DNA from: Candidatus Sericytochromatia bacterium
GTDB taxonomy: Bacteria > Cyanobacteriota > Sericytochromatia > S15B-MN24 > UBA4093
Assembly (NCBI GenBank): GCA_036676985.1
Contig: JAKFBU010000023.1
Span: 261,510-325,509, forward strand
DNA: 64,000 nt
Direction: 5' to 3'
The position numbers were made by a program, and so were the translations under genes. The notes under the pieces are model-generated. The model saw only the letters and a list, made by a program, of their open reading frames with translations. It was not told where the DNA came from and made no database searches. Position 1 is the first letter of the stretch; every line of letters starts with the position of its first letter. Below are positions 20,117-29,810 of this stretch, one piece after another.

Positions 20117-21862
20117 ATGCAGATCCAGGACAGCCTCACCGTCGCCGCCGTCGTCGCCGAACTCCGCCACCGACTCGTCGGCGCCCGCATCGAAAAGATC
20201 CACCTGCCCACTGCCCACGAGATGGTCTGGAACCTCCGCGGGGAGGGCCGCTCCGAGCGCCTGCTCTTCTCGATCCGGGGCAACTTCTCGCGCCTGCACC
20301 TGACATCCCGGCGCTACGAGAACCCGGCCCAGCCCCCCATGTTCTGCATGCTCTTGCGCAAGCATCTGGAGGGGACGCGAATCCTGCGCGTCGAGCAGCT
20401 GGAGCTGGAGCGCGTGGTCCAGATCGTGACCTCCGGCCGCGACGAGCTCGGCGACCCCACCGAGCGTGCCCTAATCGCCGAGATCACGGGCAAGCACGCG
20501 AACCTCATCCTGCTCGACAAGCCCTGGGGCACCATCATGGGCAGCCTGCGCACGGTCACGGCCGAGATCAGCCGCGAGCGCCAGATCATGCCGGGCCTGC
20601 CCTACGATCCGCCGCCCATCCCCAAGGGCAAGCGCGACCCGCGCGCGCTCACCGAAGAGGGCCTGTACGAGGTCCTCGCCGCGGGCGGCACGGCCGAGCA
20701 AGCCCTGCTCAAGGGCGTTCACTCCCTGAGCCGGGGGGCGATCGCCCAGCTCCTCCACGCCGCAAACCTCGATCCCAAGGTCGCGGGCGATTCGCTCGAG
20801 GCCGAGGCGCTTGCGCGACTCTGGGAGGTCTGGCGCCACACCATGGGTCTGGTCTCGGAGGGCCGCTTCTGCCCGGAGCTCCAGAAGGGCCCGAGCTGGG
20901 ACTACCGGGTCATGTGCGTCGGTCGTGCTACCGAGGGCCCGGTGGAGATCAGCCCCATGCTCGACGCCTACTATGGGGGGCACGAGCTGGCCGACCGGAT
21001 GGGCTCCCAGCGAGCGGCCCTGATGGGGCTGGTCAAGGAGCGCCAAGACAAGCTCACCTCCAAGATCCAGTCGCTCGAGGAAACGGTGCGCGTGGGCAAG
21101 GAGGCCGAAAGGCTGCGTCAGTGGGGCGAGCTCATCCAGGCCTACGGCTACGGGCTGCCGCCGCATGTCGACCACCTGGTGGCCGAGAACTACTTCGAGG
21201 AGGACCTCCCCAGGGTCTCCATCCCGCTCGATCCGCAGCTGAGCCCCATCGAGAATGCCCAGCGGTACTTCCGTCGCTACCAGAAGGCCAAGACGAGCCT
21301 CGAGACGAGCGAGCGCTTCCTCAGTGAGGCCCGGGACGATCTCACCTACTGGCAGGGGGTGGCCTCGGCCATCCAGCTCAGCGAGACGCCTGCCGAGCTC
21401 GCCGAGATCAAGGCCGAGGTGCAGCCTGCCCCCGTGGGCAAGGTCCAGCCGGGCAAGGCCAAGGCCGTGGCCGTCAGCGAGCCGCTGCGCTATCGGTCGA
21501 GCGACGGCTTCGAGATCCTGGTGGGCAAGAACAACCGCCAGAACGACCTGGTCACCATGAAGCTCGCACGCCCCGAGGACTGGTGGTTCCACACCCAGAA
21601 CATCCCGGGCTCGCACGTGGTGGTCAAGGCGGCGGGAGAGTTGCCCGAGCGTACCCGTGAAGAGGCTGCCATGCTCGCGGCCTACTTCAGCCAGGCGCGC
21701 GAGAGCAGCAAGGTGCCCGTCATCTACACCCAGCGCCGCTTCCTCAAGAAGCCGACCGGCGCCAAGCCGGGCTTCGTCCTCTACGAGCGGGAGAAGACGC
21801 TCTACGTCACCCCGGAGGCCGCTGCGATCGCCGAACTGGCCAGGGAATCCGAAAACGCCTGA
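20117..21862 (+). CDS. rqcH: RqcH/NFACT (FbpA-like) ribosome quality-control protein
   Basis: FCMLLRKHL, EITGKHANLIL, ENAQRYF, VGKNNRQND, PGSHVVV. Confidence 0.92.
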   Translation: MQIQDSLTVAAVVAELRHRLVGARIEKIHLPTAHEMVWNLRGEGRSERLLFSIRGNFSRLHLTSRRYENPAQPPMFCMLLRKHLEGTRILRVEQLELERVVQIVTSGRDELGDPTERALIAEITGKHANLILLDKPWGTIMGSLRTVTAEISRERQIMPGLPYDPPPIPKGKRDPRALTEEGLYEVLAAGGTAEQALLKGVHSLSRGAIAQLLHAANLDPKVAGDSLEAEALARLWEVWRHTMGLVSEGRFCPELQKGPSWDYRVMCVGRATEGPVEISPMLDAYYGGHELADRMGSQRAALMGLVKERQDKLTSKIQSLEETVRVGKEAERLRQWGELIQAYGYGLPPHVDHLVAENYFEEDLPRVSIPLDPQLSPIENAQRYFRRYQKAKTSLETSERFLSEARDDLTYWQGVASAIQLSETPAELAEIKAEVQPAPVGKVQPGKAKAVAVSEPLRYRSSDGFEILVGKNNRQNDLVTMKLARPEDWWFHTQNIPGSHVVVKAAGELPERTREEAAMLAAYFSQARESSKVPVIYTQRRFLKKPTGAKPGFVLYEREKTLYVTPEAAAIAELARESENA

Positions 21863-22882
21863 TTAGCGGGCCAGCCGCTCCAGTGGCAAGCGCGAGACGG
21901 CCGCGAGGTCGAGCCCCGATGTACGGCCCAGATGATAGAGCTCCGTGCCGAGGCCCGCGATCATGGCGGCATTGTCCGTGCACAGGGCCATGGGCGGCGC
22001 CACGAAGCGCCAGCCGCGCTTCTCGGCCTCGGAGGTCAGGCGCTCGCGCAGCTCTCGGTTGGCGGCCACGCCGCCCGCCACCGTGATGGCCGTGATGCCC
22101 TCGGCCTCGGCCGCGGCCATGGTCTTGCCGACGAGCACGTCGACCACCGCCTTCTGGAAGCTCGCGCAGGCATCCGCCACGTTGACCTCTATGCCGGCCT
22201 GCTGGCTACGCTCGAGCATCCGCAAGACCGCCGTCTTGAGGCCGCTGAACGAGAAGTCGTACGAGCCCTCGAGCCATGCGCGCGGGAAATCGTAGGCGCG
22301 GGGGTTGCCCTCCTTGGCGAGCCGGTCGATGGCGGGCCCGCCGGGATACCCCAGGCCCAGGAGGCGGGCGGTCTTGTCGTAGGCCTCGCCCGCCGCGTCG
22401 TCGCGCGTCTGGCCGAGGGTCTTGAAGGTCTCCGGACCGTCCACCCGCACGATGGCCGTGTGGCCGCCCGACACCAAGAGGCAGATGAAGGGCAGCTCGA
22501 GCTCCGGAGCGGCCATCTTGTTGGCCCAGATGTGAGCGGCCAGGTGATGCACCCCGATGAGCGGGATGCCGCGGGCCCACGCCACCCCCTTGGCGGCCAT
22601 GAGGCCGACCAGGAGGGCCCCCTGCAGGCCGGGGCCAAAGGTGGTGGCCACCGCGTCGAGGTCCGACCAGGCGACCCCGGCCTCGGCCAGGGCCTCCTCC
22701 AGGAGGGGGCCGATGGCCTCCATGTGGGCCCGGGAGGCCACCTCGGGGACGACGCCCCCGTACTGGCGATGCAGGTCGATCTGGGAGGCGATCAGGTTGG
22801 AGAGGACCTCGGTGCCGTCGCGAACGATCGCTGCCGAGGTCTCGTCACACGAGGTCTCGATGGCCAGGATGTGAGTGGTCAC
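21863..22882 (-). CDS. tsaD: tRNA threonylcarbamoyltransferase TsaD
   Basis: IETSCDETS, GGVVPEVASRAH, HLAAH, VSGGHT, CTDNAAMI. Confidence 0.97.
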   Translation of the reverse strand: MTTHILAIETSCDETSAAIVRDGTEVLSNLIASQIDLHRQYGGVVPEVASRAHMEAIGPLLEEALAEAGVAWSDLDAVATTFGPGLQGALLVGLMAAKGVAWARGIPLIGVHHLAAHIWANKMAAPELELPFICLLVSGGHTAIVRVDGPETFKTLGQTRDDAAGEAYDKTARLLGLGYPGGPAIDRLAKEGNPRAYDFPRAWLEGSYDFSFSGLKTAVLRMLERSQQAGIEVNVADACASFQKAVVDVLVGKTMAAAEAEGITAITVAGGVAANRELRERLTSEAEKRGWRFVAPPMALCTDNAAMIAGLGTELYHLGRTSGLDLAAVSRLPLERLAR

Positions 22883-22884
22883 GC

Positions 22885-23778
22885 CTAGACGCCCTGCACG
22901 GGGTCCTCGGTCTGGACCGGGTGCACGTGCTCCAGCTTCACCTGATGGGAGGGAGCGTTGCGCTTGAAGTACTCGATGGCCGCCTTGCCCATGGCGAGCG
23001 TGCCCGAGTAGCCGATACCGCCGGCGATCGCCCAGCCCGCCCAGGGCACCACCTTCACGAACTGGCGCGAGATGGTGCGCATGGCGAGCCCGCCGCCCAC
23101 CACCGCCAGGAGCTCCTTGGCACGCTCGACGTTGAGGGGCATGTCGAACATGGCCGCGATGCGCATCAGCATCTTGACCTGGTTGGCCGTCATGATGGGC
23201 AGGTCCGCGCCCGGCAGGGGCAGGGCCCCGATGACGGCGTTCTGCTTGGCGGTCGCCTGGACCTCTTGCCAGCCCGCCTCGGACCGGAAGATGGGGAACT
23301 GGCGCGAGAGCGGGATGACCATGTCCGGGAACCGCTCGAAGACCGCACGGGCGAAGGGCCCCGCCAGGTCCTTGAGCGACGTGACGGGCACGACCTGGTC
23401 CGCCGACAGATCGAGCGTGTGCAGGACCTCGCGCTGACGCGTGGCCATCAGGTGCTCGGGGATGCCGACCAGGGCGACCATGAGCTTGGTGCGGTCGAGC
23501 CGGGCGAGGACCGGCAGCTCGCGCGTGATCATGCCCGTGTTGGTCGTGATGACGGCGATGTAGAGGTCCGCGAAGGCGGGAGACGGCTCGTCGGGATCGA
23601 CGAGCTTGAGGCGCTCGGGGTCATGGCTGCCGATGAGCAGCGCGTCACGCCAGTGCTCGCGGTCAGGGGCCGTCGAGGCCACCAGGCCCAGGGTGATCGG
23701 CTGGGCGGCCTTGCCCTCGATCTCTCGCCAAACGCTCCAGAGCTCCTGTACGGGTCCAGGAAGCGACGCTAACGCCAT
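22885..23778 (-). CDS. DUF697-like protein
   Basis: C-terminal PLPGADLPIMTANQVKM...KVVPWAGWAIAGGI pattern. Confidence 0.6.
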   Translation of the reverse strand: MALASLPGPVQELWSVWREIEGKAAQPITLGLVASTAPDREHWRDALLIGSHDPERLKLVDPDEPSPAFADLYIAVITTNTGMITRELPVLARLDRTKLMVALVGIPEHLMATRQREVLHTLDLSADQVVPVTSLKDLAGPFARAVFERFPDMVIPLSRQFPIFRSEAGWQEVQATAKQNAVIGALPLPGADLPIMTANQVKMLMRIAAMFDMPLNVERAKELLAVVGGGLAMRTISRQFVKVVPWAGWAIAGGIGYSGTLAMGKAAIEYFKRNAPSHQVKLEHVHPVQTEDPVQGV

Positions 23779-24083
23779 GTTCTCTCTCCTCCATCTCCCT
23801 CGGGAAGGCCTGCAACCGGCCGATCGGGGCGGATTTCCGCGCCATTATAACATGAGCCCTCGGGCGAGGCGGCGCTCGCCTGGCAGGCCTCGGAATGCGC
23901 GCGGTGCGCTTGCCAGGCCGGTTTCGACCGCGTAAGATTAACTGGCCCTCGTACGGGTAAAGAGCACCTAACAAAACCAGGCATTTGTTGCCTGTGGCCG
24001 CCTATCGGCGGCTAGAAGGAACAGTTTCGTTAGGCGCTCTAAGTCTAGTTGGCCCCACTCCAGGCGTTTGTGAGGAGATCATC

Positions 24084-25559
24084 GTGCGCAGACTCGGCAT
24101 TCTCGGTTTGGCTGCCTTCTTGATGGCGGGCTCCCCCGCATGGGCAGCGCCCATCGACCTGACCATCCTGCACACCAACGACACGCACGATCACCTCACG
24201 CCCTACGACACCCGCGACGGCAAGGAGCTCGGCGGCGTGGCGCGCCGCGCGACCCTCATCGCCAAGCTCAAGAAGGACGCCGCGCGCGTGCTCGTGCTCG
24301 ACGCGGGCGACACCTTCCAGGGCACGCCCCTCTTCAACTTCTTCTCGGGCGAGCCGGACTACAAGACCATGGATCAGGCCGGCTACGACGCCACCACCAT
24401 CGGCAACCACGACCTGGACCTCGGCCTCGAGAACCTCAAGGCGCAGGCCGCCGGTCGCGGCTTCAAGCTCATCTCGACCAACGTGCTCGATCCCAAGACG
24501 GGCAAGCCCATCTTCGTGGGCACGCACGTCTTCGAGCGCCAGGGCCTCAAGATCGGCGTCTTCGGCGTGCTGGGCGACGCCGCCCTCCTGGCGGTCGCCG
24601 AGAAGTACCGCAAGGACATCAAGTTCGTCTCGCCCTACGCCATCGCCCAGAAGACGGCCGACAGCCTCCGCAAGCAGTCCGACCTCGTCGTGATGCTCTC
24701 GCACAGCGGTCTGGCCGAGGACACGGATCTGGCGACCAAGGTGAAGGGCATCGACGTCATCGTGGGCGGGCACTCGCACACCAAGCTCGAGCAGCCCAGG
24801 GAAGTCGCCAACGGCGACTGGAAGACGCTGGTCGTCCAGGGGTTCCAGTGGGGCGAGTACCTCGGCAAGCTGGACCTCAAGATCGAGAACGGCAAGGTCG
24901 TCTCCTACGTGGGCAAGCTCCTGCCCATCACCAAGGACATCGCCGAGGACAAGACGGTCGCGGCCACCGTCGCCCAGTACAACGACAAGATCGAGAAGCA
25001 GATGGCGGTCGTCATCGGCAACGCCCCCAAGGGCCTCTCGACCGAGGGCAAGTACGTGCGCGACTGCGAGCTCGGCAACTGGGCAGCCGACATGATGCGG
25101 GCCCGCGGTCAGGCGGACATCGGCGCCATGAACTCGGGCGGCCTGCGGGCGGCCCTGCAGCCCGGCGACGTCACGGTCGGCGAGATCTACACCATCTTCC
25201 CGTTCGACAACGCCGTGGTCACGGTGGACCTCGACGGCCAGACCCTGCAGGAGATCCTGGACAAGGCCGCCGGCACCCCCGGCCGAAACGGCACCCTCCA
25301 GTACTCGGGCGTGACCTTCCGGGTGGAGCAGGGCCGTGCGGTGGACGTGATGGTCAACGGCCAGCCCCTCGACCTCAAGAAGTCCTACAAGCTCGCGACC
25401 ATCGACTACATCGCCCAGGGTAACGACGGCCATCAGCTCTTCACCCGCGGCAAGAACTACAAGGCGCTCGGCGTCCTGCTGCGCGACGCGGCCCTCGAGG
25501 CCATCAAGGCCAGCCCGACGGTCCAGCCGCCGGCGGTCGGTCGCATCAAGAACCAGTAA
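24084..25559 (+). CDS. Secreted 5'-nucleotidase / metallophosphoesterase
   Basis: GAGGAG RBS, GTG 24084, signal peptide; HTNDTH, DAGD, GNHD, GGHSH, NSGGLR, PFDN. Confidence 0.92.
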   Translation: MRRLGILGLAAFLMAGSPAWAAPIDLTILHTNDTHDHLTPYDTRDGKELGGVARRATLIAKLKKDAARVLVLDAGDTFQGTPLFNFFSGEPDYKTMDQAGYDATTIGNHDLDLGLENLKAQAAGRGFKLISTNVLDPKTGKPIFVGTHVFERQGLKIGVFGVLGDAALLAVAEKYRKDIKFVSPYAIAQKTADSLRKQSDLVVMLSHSGLAEDTDLATKVKGIDVIVGGHSHTKLEQPREVANGDWKTLVVQGFQWGEYLGKLDLKIENGKVVSYVGKLLPITKDIAEDKTVAATVAQYNDKIEKQMAVVIGNAPKGLSTEGKYVRDCELGNWAADMMRARGQADIGAMNSGGLRAALQPGDVTVGEIYTIFPFDNAVVTVDLDGQTLQEILDKAAGTPGRNGTLQYSGVTFRVEQGRAVDVMVNGQPLDLKKSYKLATIDYIAQGNDGHQLFTRGKNYKALGVLLRDAALEAIKASPTVQPPAVGRIKNQ

Positions 25560-25625
25560 CGGCTCCAACGGCCAGAACGACGCGGCGCCCGGGATTTCCC
25601 GGGCGCCGCGTGTGGTAGGTGTCGG

Positions 25626-26171
25626 TCAGCGCGCCGACGGCGGCGAGCCCAGCTGGATGATGACGGCCGCCTGGCCTGTCTTGCCGCGCCCGACGCCATA
25701 GAGGCGGTACTCGGTGGTTCCGACGGCCTCGTAGCAGAGGGCGCCCAGGGTGTTGGGGCTCCGGATCACCTGCTCGACCTGCGCGGGACCGAGGTCTCCG
25801 CGCATGACCACTGAGACGGGCAGCATGGAAGGCTGCTGGCCGCCCCAGGGCGAGGCGGGCAGCTTGTTGCCCGGCAAATAGCCGCCCTGCAGGATCTCGC
25901 GGTCGAAGGCCGCGGCGTCCGGGGGCACTTGGCCCCCGTGATCCTTGGCATAGGTCTCGATGGCCTGCTGGACCGTGAACGTCTGTTGGATCATCTCGGC
26001 GTTGTGGTCGACCTCGGCCTCCTTGGAGGAAACAGGGGCCTGGCTGGCGTGCTGCGGTCGGACGAACATCCAGATGCCAGCCACCACGACGATTCCGAAC
26101 AGCGCCGCCACCAGCATGGCGCGCCGCCTGCGCATTTGAGCCTGACGTTTGGTCGGTTTGCGTGTCGCCAT
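25626..26171 (-). CDS. Membrane-anchored hypothetical protein with pseudopilin-like C-terminus
   Basis: Basic N-terminus plus one TM; QQAIETYAKDHGGQVP...SPWG recalls the GspG domain. Confidence 0.55.
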   Translation of the reverse strand: MATRKPTKRQAQMRRRRAMLVAALFGIVVVAGIWMFVRPQHASQAPVSSKEAEVDHNAEMIQQTFTVQQAIETYAKDHGGQVPPDAAAFDREILQGGYLPGNKLPASPWGGQQPSMLPVSVVMRGDLGPAQVEQVIRSPNTLGALCYEAVGTTEYRLYGVGRGKTGQAAVIIQLGSPPSAR

Positions 26172-26210
26172 GCCCTCATCGTAGCATGCGAGCCTCCACC
26201 TGTCCCCGGC

Positions 26211-27035
26211 TCAAGGAAGGGCGATCGCGATGGTGTGGCTCGGTACGACGTCATCCAGGCCGACCTCGAACTCCCAGACGGACGGCTCCGGTGCCTCGCC
26301 CGCGGTGGGTCTGGCCTCCACCACAACGGTGTACCGGCCATCGGCTTGTAGATGCGAGAGCCGTAAGGGCCCCGGAACCTGGTTGGCGGGCACTTCGAAG
26401 GTGGCAACGAGGTGGCCGGTGTCTTGGCCCTCCAGGGCGCGATAGAGGCTGACGACAAGGCTTTCGAGGCGGTCCACGTCGCCGGTGACGGAGAGTTGAA
26501 GGTTGGCGGTTGCCCCGAAGGGCGTGTCCATGATGCGCAAGGGCAGGGGCGACTCGGCGATGGGCCGATCGTCGTCCGTCAGTGTGAGATCGACCGACGA
26601 GGCGTCCGGCTTGGAGATGAGGTGGTAGTCCTTGTCGAAGGCCAGGGCGACGATTCGGTAGCGCCCGTGGACCCGCAGACCGCTGAGCGGAATGGGGCGT
26701 TCGAAGGCCGTTTCGGTCGGATAGCCGTAGGCATTGACGAACTCTCCCCAGCGAGGGTAGCTCTGCCAGTCGTCGACCGGCTCCAGGAGCTTGCCCGTTC
26801 CCAGGGCGATCGGTCGGTAGAGGCCGTCTCCGGGGTCGCGCAAGGGCACGATGACCACAAAGGCGATATCGTCCGCGGTCTTGAGCGGAACGAGCGCTTG
26901 GACGGTCCGCACGAGGTACGGCTTGACCCAGAGGACACGGTCGACCGGGGCGTTGCCGGTCGGCAGCGGGGTCAGGCGCCCCGAACAGGCCGTGAGCACG
27001 AGACAGAGGGCCAAGAGGAGAGCAGGCAATCGCAT
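26211..27035 (-). CDS. Hypothetical lipoprotein, paralogue 3
   Basis: LTAC lipobox; shares DDRP...LRIMDTPF with neighbours. Confidence 0.75.
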   Translation of the reverse strand: MRLPALLLALCLVLTACSGRLTPLPTGNAPVDRVLWVKPYLVRTVQALVPLKTADDIAFVVIVPLRDPGDGLYRPIALGTGKLLEPVDDWQSYPRWGEFVNAYGYPTETAFERPIPLSGLRVHGRYRIVALAFDKDYHLISKPDASSVDLTLTDDDRPIAESPLPLRIMDTPFGATANLQLSVTGDVDRLESLVVSLYRALEGQDTGHLVATFEVPANQVPGPLRLSHLQADGRYTVVVEARPTAGEAPEPSVWEFEVGLDDVVPSHTIAIALP

Positions 27036-27044
27036 GGTTCCCTC

Positions 27045-27623
27045 CTATTCCGTGACCAGCTCGCCCAGTTGCAAGCTCTCGCTGCCGGCCGGCACGACCA
27101 TGCCCGGCTCCAGGCCGAGAGCCGGGACCGTGCCGCGACCATCGAAGGGCACATCCTGCAACCGGATGGAAAGCGTCGCCACGACCGGTCGGTCGTCGGC
27201 CTGGAGGTGAACATCGAGGAAGGAGGCCTCGTCGGCGCTGATGACGTCGGAGGACTCGCTGACATGAGACTTGAAGGCCCTGGCCCGCAGACGATAGGCC
27301 GAATGGGGTGCAAGCCCCGTGAAGGTGAAGGGCTCGGCGAGGGCGTTCCCCGTCAGTACCTGGACGACCGTCCTGCCGTTCACAAGGGCAGGGGCCTCTG
27401 CTCCGGTGCTGGAGAGGGTGAACAAGCGGACCTCGACGGTTACGACGTCCTTCGGCGTCCAGGGCTCGACCAGCGCCTGGGCGCGATAGGTTCCGGACAC
27501 GAACTGGGGCAGCACCTCGAGGCGAGCGGTCCCGGTCGTGAGTTGCAAGGTCCCGAGGGCGGTGCAGCCCCCGATGGCCAGGGAGGCGATCGCCAGTACG
27601 TATCCCAATGACTGCCTACGCAT
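27045..27623 (-). CDS. Hypothetical lipoprotein, paralogue 2
   Basis: GGAGGAGG RBS, ATG 27623, IGGC lipobox; DDRP...IRLQDVPFDG. Confidence 0.75.
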   Translation of the reverse strand: MRRQSLGYVLAIASLAIGGCTALGTLQLTTGTARLEVLPQFVSGTYRAQALVEPWTPKDVVTVEVRLFTLSSTGAEAPALVNGRTVVQVLTGNALAEPFTFTGLAPHSAYRLRARAFKSHVSESSDVISADEASFLDVHLQADDRPVVATLSIRLQDVPFDGRGTVPALGLEPGMVVPAGSESLQLGELVTE

Positions 27624-28647
27624 CGCCGCCCTCCTCCGTGCCGGGAACCGTGAACAGGTCGTACAGGACCGTGCCATTGGCCAGGTGAACTTCTACCTTG
27701 TAGGGCTGACCCGGCGTGAAATCGCCCTCGTCGTAGACGAAGAGGTCGAACTCGACGGTCCCCGCGAACGTTCCGAGGCGCGGGAGAAAGCCGGGGTTCA
27801 CGGCGGCGCCCTGGTGGGAAACGCCCAGGAGGCGGTCATTGGGGAAGCCGACGTACTCCCAGGTGCTCCAATAGCGATCGCCGAGTTGCTCACCATCCTG
27901 GTCCAGGCCGATCAGCGAGATGGAACGGATGACGCTCGGGTCGGGCAGGGTGACGGTGACTCGCAGGCGGGCGTCGGTCAAGCCGTCGGGCTGGGCATGA
28001 CGCTTGCTCATGAGATCGCCCTCCAGGCCGATCCAGGTGATCGGTAGGCTCGCTTGCACCCACTCGGACAGAGGGATCTTAATGTCCTCGATCCCGTCCG
28101 GCACGTAGCCCCCCGGCACGATGTCGAAGCCCGGCAGCGACGTCCGGCCGTCGAACGGGACGTCCAGCAAGCGGATGCTCAGCGGCGCGACGGTGGGGCG
28201 ATCGTCGTCGCCGACCACCACGTCCACCGACGCCTCCTGGCTGATCAGGTGCTGGGGCGACTCGTCCGGATCGTCATAAGCCCAGGCATAGACGCGGTAG
28301 TGGGTCTGGGGATGCAATTGAGAGAGGACGATGGGACGATCGAGCTGCGATCGCTGGATCTCAAGCATGAGCGGCCCATCGGGACCAAGGACGGCGTCCT
28401 CGCGGCCAGGGGATACATAAAAGATCTGGACGCGGACGTGATCCACGGCATCGGCCGTATGGGCCGAAACCACCGTCTGGGTGCGTCGGCTCGCCCCGGC
28501 CCGGACGTCCGGGTGCAGAACGAGCGTCGCCTTGCCGGCGACGGCGGTGGCAGGAGGCCGAACCTCCCAGGGGGGCGCACACCCACCCAGCAGGAGGCTC
28601 CCCATGAGGAACAAGGTCGCGAAGGCCTTGGATACTGGCTGCGTCAC
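27616..28647 (-). CDS. Hypothetical lipoprotein, paralogue 1, with extra C-terminal domain
   Basis: GAGGAG RBS, LGGC lipobox; DDRP...IRLLDVPFDG. Confidence 0.75.
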   Translation of the reverse strand: MTQPVSKAFATLFLMGSLLLGGCAPPWEVRPPATAVAGKATLVLHPDVRAGASRRTQTVVSAHTADAVDHVRVQIFYVSPGREDAVLGPDGPLMLEIQRSQLDRPIVLSQLHPQTHYRVYAWAYDDPDESPQHLISQEASVDVVVGDDDRPTVAPLSIRLLDVPFDGRTSLPGFDIVPGGYVPDGIEDIKIPLSEWVQASLPITWIGLEGDLMSKRHAQPDGLTDARLRVTVTLPDPSVIRSISLIGLDQDGEQLGDRYWSTWEYVGFPNDRLLGVSHQGAAVNPGFLPRLGTFAGTVEFDLFVYDEGDFTPGQPYKVEVHLANGTVLYDLFTVPGTEEGGDA

Positions 28648-28886
28648 GGCAAGGTCTCCTCTTTCAAGCTTTCAACCTTAATACATATAATCCTTTTTAT
28701 GTCATAAGTAAACAAAAGTATACTATCGCCTATCCGCCCTGCTCTCCACCGACCTGCCAACGGGGGAGGCGCTAGGCCGCAAGGCTTTCACGAGAGTTAA
28801 CGAGGGCTTCAACGGTTGTTTACCGGATTCGCGGCCCGACCGGCGATAACCCCCACAGCGTGCCCCATGGAAAGGAGCAGGACCCT

Positions 28887-29774
28887 ATGGCTATCCGGGA
28901 AGCGGGTGCCGGTTCATACGGTTCCTATCAGGCCATCCTGAGCCGGCTGCATCAGCGTGTCGGCGGCGAGACCTCGGCTCCTGCGCCCAGTATCCAGGGC
29001 GATACCTTCGTGCGGGCCGGTGGCGGCAGCTACACGGTTCAATCCGGCGACAGCCTCTCCAAGATCGCCCAGCGCACCCTCGGAAACGGCAACCGCTGGC
29101 ACGAGATCTACGAGCTCAACCGCGACATCATCAGCAACCCGAACCTCATCCAGCCGGGCCAGGTCCTGAAGCTGCCCGGCAGCTCCCGCTCGGCTCAGCC
29201 CGCGGCCCCTGCTCAGCCGGCCGCGCCCAAGACCGGCATGCCGGCGGTGATCCAGCGCTTCCACGACACGGTCGAGCGCTACCGGGCTCACAAGCTCGGC
29301 AAGATCACCCCCGAGCAGCTCCAGGCGCTCGGCGAAGCCAACAAGAAAGCCTTCTTCAACGCTCTGCGCCCCGCGGCCGAAGAGGCCGAGCGCAAGTACG
29401 GCGTGCCGGCCTCCATCACCCTCGCCCAGGCGGCCCTCGAGTCGGGGTGGGGCAAGCACGGTATCGGCGGCTACAACATCTTCGGGATCAAGGGCGAAGG
29501 CCCCGCGGGCAGCGTCACCAAGTCCACCCAGGAATGGGAGAACGGACGCTACATCACGATCCAGGCCAAGTTCGCCCGCTACGAGAACTACACCCAGGCC
29601 ATCATGGAGCACGGCAAGGTCTTCCAGAAGGTCTACTACGAGAAGGCCATGGACCGCTACGAGCAGAACAAGGACCCCAAGGAATTCGCCCGGAACATCA
29701 CGGGTGTCTACGCCACGGATCCCAACTACGGGTCCAAGCTCATCTCTTTGATGGACACCTACAACCTGGCCTAA
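28887..29774 (+). CDS. LysM plus GH73 (FlgJ-like) peptidoglycan hydrolase
   Basis: AAGGAG RBS; YTVQSGDSLSKIA...NLIQPGQVL; AQAALESGWG, NIFGIK, YATDPNY. Confidence 0.92.
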   Translation: MAIREAGAGSYGSYQAILSRLHQRVGGETSAPAPSIQGDTFVRAGGGSYTVQSGDSLSKIAQRTLGNGNRWHEIYELNRDIISNPNLIQPGQVLKLPGSSRSAQPAAPAQPAAPKTGMPAVIQRFHDTVERYRAHKLGKITPEQLQALGEANKKAFFNALRPAAEEAERKYGVPASITLAQAALESGWGKHGIGGYNIFGIKGEGPAGSVTKSTQEWENGRYITIQAKFARYENYTQAIMEHGKVFQKVYYEKAMDRYEQNKDPKEFARNITGVYATDPNYGSKLISLMDTYNLA

Positions 29775-29779
29775 AGCGC

Positions 29780-29806
29780 GACGCCCCCCGGAATCCGGGG
29801 GGCGTC
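29780..29806. terminator. Hairpin between convergent genes
   Basis: GACGCCCCCCGGA-A-TCCGGGGGGCGTC. Confidence 0.65.
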
Positions 29807-29810
29807 ACCC

